Assembly (NCBI GenBank): GCA_002269645.1
Contig: NIVC01003232.1
Coordinates: forward strand, 18,545-82,544
Direction of reading: 5' to 3'
Length of the DNA stretch: 64,000 nucleotides
Source of the DNA: Macrostomum lignano
Taxonomy: Eukaryota
In this document: positions 58,101 through 64,000 of the stretch, one piece after another
Layout of the letters: each line of letters begins with the position of its first letter
Numbering within the stretch: position 1 is the first letter of the stretch
The notes under the pieces: model-generated
The model's database searches: none
What the model saw: the letters and a program-made list of their open reading frames with translations, nothing else
Told to the model about the DNA's origin: nothing
Position numbers and translations under genes: made by a program

Positions 58101-61100
58101 GGGAGAGAATAGGGCTGAGATAGAGAGGGAGAGAACGGGGCTGAGATAGAGAGGGAGAGAATGGGGCTGAGATAGAGAGGGAGAGAACGGGGCTGAGATA
58201 GAGAGGGAGAGAATGGGGCTGAGATAGAGAGGGAGAGAACGGGGCTGAGATAGAGAGGGAGAGAATAGGGCTGAGATAGAGAGGGAGAGAACGGGGCTGA
58301 GATAGAGAGGGAGAGAACGGGGCTGAGATAGAGAGGGAGAGAACGGGGCTGAGATAGAGAGGGAGAGAACGGGGCTGAGATAGAGAGGGAGAGAATAGGG
58401 CTGAGATAGAGAGGGAGAGAATAGGGCTGAGATAGAGAGGGAGAGAATAAGGCTGAGATAGAGAGGGAGAGAATAGGGCTGAGAAAGAGAGGGAGAGAAT
58501 GGGGCTGAGAAAGAGAGGGAGAGAATAGGGCTGAGAAAGAGAGGGAGAGAATGGGGCTGAGATAGAGAGGGAGAGAATAGGGCTGAGATAGAGAGGGAGA
58601 GAATAAGGCTGAGATAGAGAGGGAGAGAACGGGGCTGAGATAGAGAGGGAGAGAATAAGGCTGAGATAGAGAGGGAGAGAATGGGGCTGAGATAGAGGGG
58701 GAGAGAACGGGGCTGAGAAAGAGAGGGAGAGAATAGGGCTGAGAAAGAGAGGGAGAGAACGGGGCCAGATATTGCACGCACACAGACTGAAAAGGAAATT
58801 AAATGATCCCATATGTTCTGACAGCCGGTCACTGGTTCCCAAACGTTAAGTGGAAGTGGACCTTTAAGCATTACATCTTACATGCATCACCACAGTAATT
58901 GATAGCATATATTTATTGATTTGATCACAGGGCACCCCGGTGAGTGTCGGTACTGACACAGCGGCCGCAGACAGGAGGCATGGCCATCAGCAGCAGCAAC
59001 AGCAGCTCTCTACTCAGAAGGTGAGCAATAATGACCCAATTAAATTCAGTGTTGTATGCTTTTGTATCGAAAATTTTAATAGCTATACGCTTTCTTTGCT
59101 ACTATAAACAGCCATGCAGTAGTGTAAGCAGAAACTTTTTACATCCTACCTGGAATTGCAACGCGTGTTTTCCTTCTCACCTCAGGCTAATCAGGGATTA
59201 AATCCAGCTGCATCTGTGCAGGTATTAGCAACTGCAGCCTCTTAAATTAACTATTTTAACAGTAGTCTATATCGCTCGCGAGTTCTTTCATTCACTGGCG
59301 CTAGCTGCTTTGATTGGCGCATAGTGTATACTTTTGTTTGTGAGCTGTGCTGTACCTCCGTGCACCTTTCGTATATTTAAATCTATATTTTAATTCTGTA
59401 TACTGCACTTTAAAATCGCCTAAATGTTAACAATGCCTCATTGGCTATTCTCGTCAATCAAAAAGTTAATTGTACTAGGTATAAACTTTGGGATGTTGTA
59501 AATTATTTAAGATATTGATAACTTGCAGTTGAACCCTATCTCCTAAACTTCTGTCTTGCCTTTAAATATCGTGCATAGCAGTTTTTTGTAACCTTGTGTC
59601 CTCGTTATTCTTTAAGTTCTCGTCCTTTGTATCATTGTATCTTTCTGACAGACGGTTGTTAGGGTAGCGGGTGTCTGAAAACAATGAGGAGGATAGCGGT
59701 GTCTAAAAACAGTGAGGAGGGTAGCGGGTGTCTGAAAACAATGAGGAGGATAGCTGGTGTCTGAAAACAGTGAGGAGGGTAGCTGGTGTCTGAAAACAGT
59801 GAGGAGGGTAGCTGGTGTCTGAAAACAGTGAGGAGGGTAGCTGGTGTCTGAAAACAGTGAGGAGGGTAGCGGGTGTCTGAAAACAGTGAGGAGGGTAGCG
59901 GGTGTCTGAAAACAGTGAGGAGGGTAGCGGGTGTCTGAAAACAGTGAGGAGGGTAGCGGGTGTCTGAAAACAATGAGGAGGGTAGCGGGTGTCTGAAAAC
60001 AGTGAGGAGGGTAGCGGGTGTCTGAAAACAATGAGGAGGGTAGCGGGTGTCTGAAAACAGTGAGGAGGGTAGCGGGTGTCTAAAAACAGTGAGGGTTGCG
60101 GCTCTCTAAAAACAGTGAGGAGGGTAGCGGCTCTCTAAAAACAGTGAAGAGGGTAGCGGCTCTCTAAAAACAGTGAAGAGGGTAGCGGCTCTCTAAAAAC
60201 AGTGAAGAGGGTAGCGGCTCTCTAAAAACAGTGAAGAGGGTTGCGGCTCTCTAAAAACAGTGAGGGTAGCGGCTCTCTAAAAACAGACAGGTTAGGGCGA
60301 TGTCACTGAGTAAAAAAAATTTTGCCAGCATAAATTAATAACTAACTAGCTATATACAGTACCGGCTTTAATGGTATTTCACTGCCTTTCAACTTTTGCT
60401 GTTTTTTATTTTATTTTATGTTATTCTGAAACAGCGACAGCAGAACCAGCATCGGACGGGCGACAGCTCCTTCAACTATCAACGAATGCAGGGCAACAGC
60501 CAATCGGAAGCCAGAAATTTCGAGTGTAGCACAGACAGGGTAACCAAGCTAATTAATTTAGGCAAACACAGCGAAAAATACATTTGGCTCTCTGTCTCAG
60601 CCCTGCTCCTGCCCTCTCTGCTCTCCCTCCCCTGTGACCAACCTCCGCTCTGCCCCCCTGCACCCACCCCATCTCCGCTCTGCCCCCCTGCACCCACCCC
60701 ATTTCCGCTCTACCCTCTGCAACCACCCTATCTCCGCTCTGCCCCCCTGCACCCACCCCATCTCCGCTCTAACCCCTGCAACCACCCCATCTCCGCTCTA
60801 CCCCCTGCACCCACCCCATCTCCGCTCTGCTTCCCTGCACCCACCCCATCTCCGCTCTGCCCCCTGCACCCACCCCATCTCCGCTCTGCCCCTTTGCACC
60901 CACCCCATCACCGCTCTGACCCCCTGGCACCCACCCCATCTCCGCTCCGCCCTCTGCACCCACCCCATATCCGCTCTGCCTCTGCGCGCCTAACACCCTG
61001 TTGAATTGCCACAGTTACTATTCTGTGTCGGTTTGGTTTCGCGACATAATTTTTCGCTGGTTCAAAGTTTTTGTCTTTTCAAAAAGTTCGTGCTTTTTCT

Positions 61101-61678
61101 GTTTTTTGTTTCTAATCAAAGCCCGGTTAAAAAACTTCCTAACTTGATTAGGGTAAATCATTATAGTATTACTAGCAGTAGTTGTTTGCGCGAATTTTGA
61201 GCTAATAAAAAAAGTAAATCAAGGAACTTGCTTATTTAATTTAAACATCATCACTACGATTGTAGCTATTCAATGATTGGTAATCTATATAAACAAATTA
61301 AATCTAAACATCTCAGTAAAATTTAATTCTGTAAAACTGTCACTTCCTTATTTGGTTGTTTTCTTAAATTGAAAATAACCGTGGCAGCTAATATTTCATC
61401 TAATATTGGCCTGGTGAAGGCGAGATTGATTAATTTACAAATTAAAACACAAATAGCCTTGCTTACCTGTGCGTCTCATCCCCACCTGCACCGTCCCGCA
61501 GGTGATCGCCTCCGTTGCTTTCGACCAAGCTGGCGGCGACGCCACCGGCCAGTCCTGCGAGCCCATCGCCCCCGACGCCGACGTTGACGTCGCCTCCGAC
61601 ACCAAGTGCTGCTTCTTTCGGCGTCGCGCCAAGAAGAATCGGCGCGCCCAGCAGCATCTGCACGCGCCGCGTGCGTGA
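52163..61678 (+). CDS. CSNK1G: Casein kinase 1 gamma (gilgamesh orthologue), 460 aa. Exons 52163-52612, 54619-54853, 55702-55872, 56249-56403, 58931-59020, 60435-60539, 61502-61678
   Basis: [96 protein letters not shown] and C-terminal TKCCFFRRR. All junctions are GT-AG in phase and the total is 1383 nt. Confidence 0.95.
52669..53935. repeat. CK1g intron 1 minisatellite, 21-bp unit AGCCCTACTAACATCATTCTT, ~60 copies, with a 357-bp higher-order duplication
   Basis: Variants AGTCGT (52943/53300) and AACC (53090/53447) are both spaced 357 bp = 17 x 21. Confidence 0.97.
54085..54440. repeat. Second, degenerate intron 1 minisatellite (GCGCCATTTACATCAGACTTA core)
   Basis: The core recurs more than 12 times with variants. 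Confidence 0.85.
55145..55525 (+). mobile_element. Possible second-family SINE in CK1g intron 2
   Basis: B-box-like GGCTCGATTCC at 55184, and shares ordered motifs with 643-858. Confidence 0.35.
55950..56226. repeat. CK1g intron 3 degenerate ~16-bp repeat (CTACTGTCACTCCATC)
   Basis: Direct inspection. Confidence 0.85.
56575..58765. repeat. CK1g intron 4 purine-rich minisatellite, 25-bp unit GGGCTGAGATAGAGAGGGAGAGAA(TA/TG/CG), ~85 copies
   Basis: 25-bp periodicity. The flank motif AGCGATGTGGTGAGGAAAAAG recurs inside the array at ~57041 and ~57561. Confidence 0.97.
59660..60286. repeat. CK1g intron 5 minisatellite, 29-bp unit GAGGAGGGTAGCGGGTGTCTGAAAACAGT, ~22 copies
   Basis: Direct inspection. 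Variant units cluster at the 3' end. Confidence 0.95.
60643..60980. repeat. CK1g intron 6 C-rich minisatellite, ~30-bp unit TGCACCCACCCCATCTCCGCTCTGCCCCCC
   Basis: 30-bp periodicity. The same family recurs at 62990-63350. Confidence 0.92.
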
Positions 61679-61784
61679 TAATCCAATGCCTCTGATTTGG
61701 ACTAAATCTAGCTGCCACATCCTACTCTGCCGACAGATGCTCAGCTCTTCTATGCTGCAAATCCACCTCACATCTGCCTCTGCC

Positions 61785-62265
61785 CCACCTCCGCTCTGCC
61801 TTACTGCGCCCACCCCACCTCCTCCAGTCTGCCCCACTGCGCCCACCCCACCTCCTCCAGTCTGCCCCACTGCGCCCACCCACCTCCTCCAGTCTGCCCC
61901 ACTGCGCCCACCCACCTCTCCAGTCTGCCCCACTGCGCCCACCCCACCTCCTCCAGTCTGCCCCACTGCGCCCACCCCACCTCCTCCAGTCTGCCCACTG
62001 CGCCCACCCCACCTCCTCCAGTCTGCCCACTGCGCCACCCCACCTGCTCCAGTCTGCCCCACTGCGCCCACCCCACCTCCTCTAGTCTGCCCCTTCGCGC
62101 CCACCCCACCTCCTCCAGTCTGCCCCACTGCGCCCACCCCACCTCCTCCAGTCTGCCCCTTCGCGCCCACCCCACCTCCTCCAGTCTGCCCCTTCGCGCC
62201 CACCCCACCTCCTCCAGTCTGCCCCTTTGCGCCCACCCCACTTCCTCCAGTCGGCCCTTCGCCCC
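61785..62265. repeat. C-rich minisatellite, ~33-bp unit TGCGCCCACCCCACCTCCTCCAGTCTGCCCCAC, 3' of the CK1g stop
   Basis: 33-bp periodicity verified at 61805/61838. Confidence 0.92.
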
Positions 62266-62989
62266 ATCTACTATCCCTCCAGTAACCTGCAAATCTCTTT
62301 TCTATTATTTTAAAAACACGGATACTATTTGTTAGTACCGCATGTACTTTCCTTATTACATGCGAATTGAGCTAGGCAATGAACTGGCTATCAATATTTG
62401 CGTTAATGCTAGCCGCTTTGGCTGCACAACCGGTTCCTTACGTGCGTGCTGGTTTTGTTTCAACACAGAATGGAACCTGACTTGAAATTGATACGAATAG
62501 ATTGCCGCCCACCACCCCCCCCCCTGTGCTGCACCAGCTTTTGCAATAATGCCTATTCATATTATTGAAATTGAATCGCAATAACGGTTTCTCTTTGTCT
62601 GCTTATTGCCACCTTCGATATATGCGAGTGCCGCACTAGTGTGTTATTGTGTAATAGATTAACAGGATATCAGCGATTCGCCCGAACATGACCTACTTTG
62701 TTCCGTGTTGCTTGTTTCCGTAGCCTTGTACAGTTACATGCCCGTGTAACTTAGTCTCTGTTTGAGTGTGCACTTCTTTTGCTTTTTTGTGTTTTTTAAA
62801 ATATATACTTGTACTCTAAGCCCATATTTACACGAGTTAACAACGCACTCAATGCTAACATGCTGCATAGTGTAATTCAGGGTCGCGCAGTCTCCGGACT
62901 GCTCAAGGTTTGTGTCTGTTTCAGCTTTCTTCTCTGTCCTCTCTCCTCTCTTTTTTATCTCTTCTCAACGCATTTCCTACTCTCTGTCC

Positions 62990-63350
62990 ATCTGCACCCA
63001 CCCCATCTCCGCTCTGCACCAGCCCATCACCGCTCTGCCCCTCTGCACCCAGCCATCTCCGCTCTGCCCTCTGCACCCACCCATCTCCGCTCTGCCCCTC
63101 TGCACCCACCCCATCTCTCCTCTCTGCCCCTCTGCACCCACCCCATCTCCGTTCTGCACCCACCCATCTCCGCTCTGCACCCACCCATCTCCGCTCTGCC
63201 CCTCTGCACCCACCCCATCTCCGCTCTGCCCCTCTGCACCCACCCCATCTCTTCGCTCTGCCCCCTTGCACCCACCCCATCTCCACTCTACCCCTTTGCA
63301 CCCACCCCATCTCCGCTCCGCCCCTGTGCACCCACCATTTCCGATCTGCC
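62990..63350. repeat. C-rich ~30-bp minisatellite, same family as 60643-60980
   Basis: Shared CACCCACCCCATCTCCGCTCTG core. Confidence 0.9.
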
Positions 63351-63729
63351 CCTCTATTTTGCCAACCCCTGTTTAAAATCGACACAAGCTTTAATAAATT
63401 CCCACTATGCCTCTACAATGCTTTAGAAATTATATATAGCGCCATGACTTTTCCAAGCTATGCCTGTTGTTATTCTGATAATTGCTACACCCAGAGCCTT
63501 GTTGGCATCCAAATTAATTTCTTTGGAATCTCACTGCTTGTTCAATTGAGTGCCTGGCACCTTATCGTTCGTTTCGTTTCATCGCCCCAGTTTTAGTATT
63601 TGAATCCAAATGAAATGATTCAACTTTTTGTAAGAATTCATTTAATTAACATGATTTTATTTAAATCATCTCTGTGCACAGTCTAATCTCACATCTTAGT
63701 GCTCAGATCAATATTCTCCTTAACACCAC

Positions 63730-64000
63730 CTCATTTCCTACTCCAAAACTCACCCCATTTCCTACCCATCAAACCTCCACCCCATCTTTCACCCCTCAAA
63801 CACCCACCATTTCCTACCCCTCAAAAACCACCCATCTTTCACCCTCAAACCCCACCCCATTTTCTACCCTCAAAACCCACCCATTTCCTACCCCGCAAAA
63901 ACCACCCATCTTTCACCCCTCAAACCCCACCCCATTTTCTACCCCTCAAACCCCACCATTCCTACCCCTCAACACCCCACCCCATCTCCCACCCCCAAAC
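63730..64000. repeat. C-rich degenerate ~25-bp repeat (CCCACCCATTT(T/C)CTACCCCTCAAA), runs off the window end
   Basis: Direct inspection. Confidence 0.85.

Noticed and set aside
56284-58871. 750-850-aa minus-strand ORFs ([15 protein letters not shown]…)
   Set aside because: The pyrimidine strand of the 25-bp intronic array lacks stops by composition.
61463-63596. Gly-rich and Pro/His-rich ORFs on both strands
   Set aside because: Translations of the C-rich minisatellites. Only 61502-61678 is supported as an exon.

Overview
Eukaryotic (metazoan) genomic DNA. It has GC-rich spliced exons in AT-rich, minisatellite-dense introns and intergenic DNA, a style that suggests a free-living flatworm such as Macrostomum (inference only, not verified). 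Seven protein-coding loci are supported: (1) an intronless secreted acidic/Cys-rich protein; (2) a small single-pass membrane protein; (3) a ~1960-aa hillarin/KY-type transglutaminase-like pseudoenzyme with a huge disordered N-terminus; (4) a minus-strand coiled-coil protein with an apparent 1-nt frameshift and a (GACA)n tract at one splice acceptor; (5) a 191-aa three-exon orphan gene; (6) an ankyrin-repeat protein that may be a divergent BCOR (ANK plus a PUFD-like domain); (7) a complete 7-exon casein kinase 1 gamma with its C-terminal palmitoylation motif. Other features are one tRNA-Cys(GCA), five copies of a tRNA-headed CORE-like SINE (one split by a Penelope-like retroelement), a possible second SINE family, decayed non-LTR retrotransposon fragments, a hAT-type MITE with an 8-bp TSD, long inverted and direct repeats, and about 15 different tandem arrays. 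No CRISPR or prokaryotic system is present. Most long ORFs in the supplied track are repeat-derived or antisense shadows. All homology calls come from motif recognition by eye, with no database searches.
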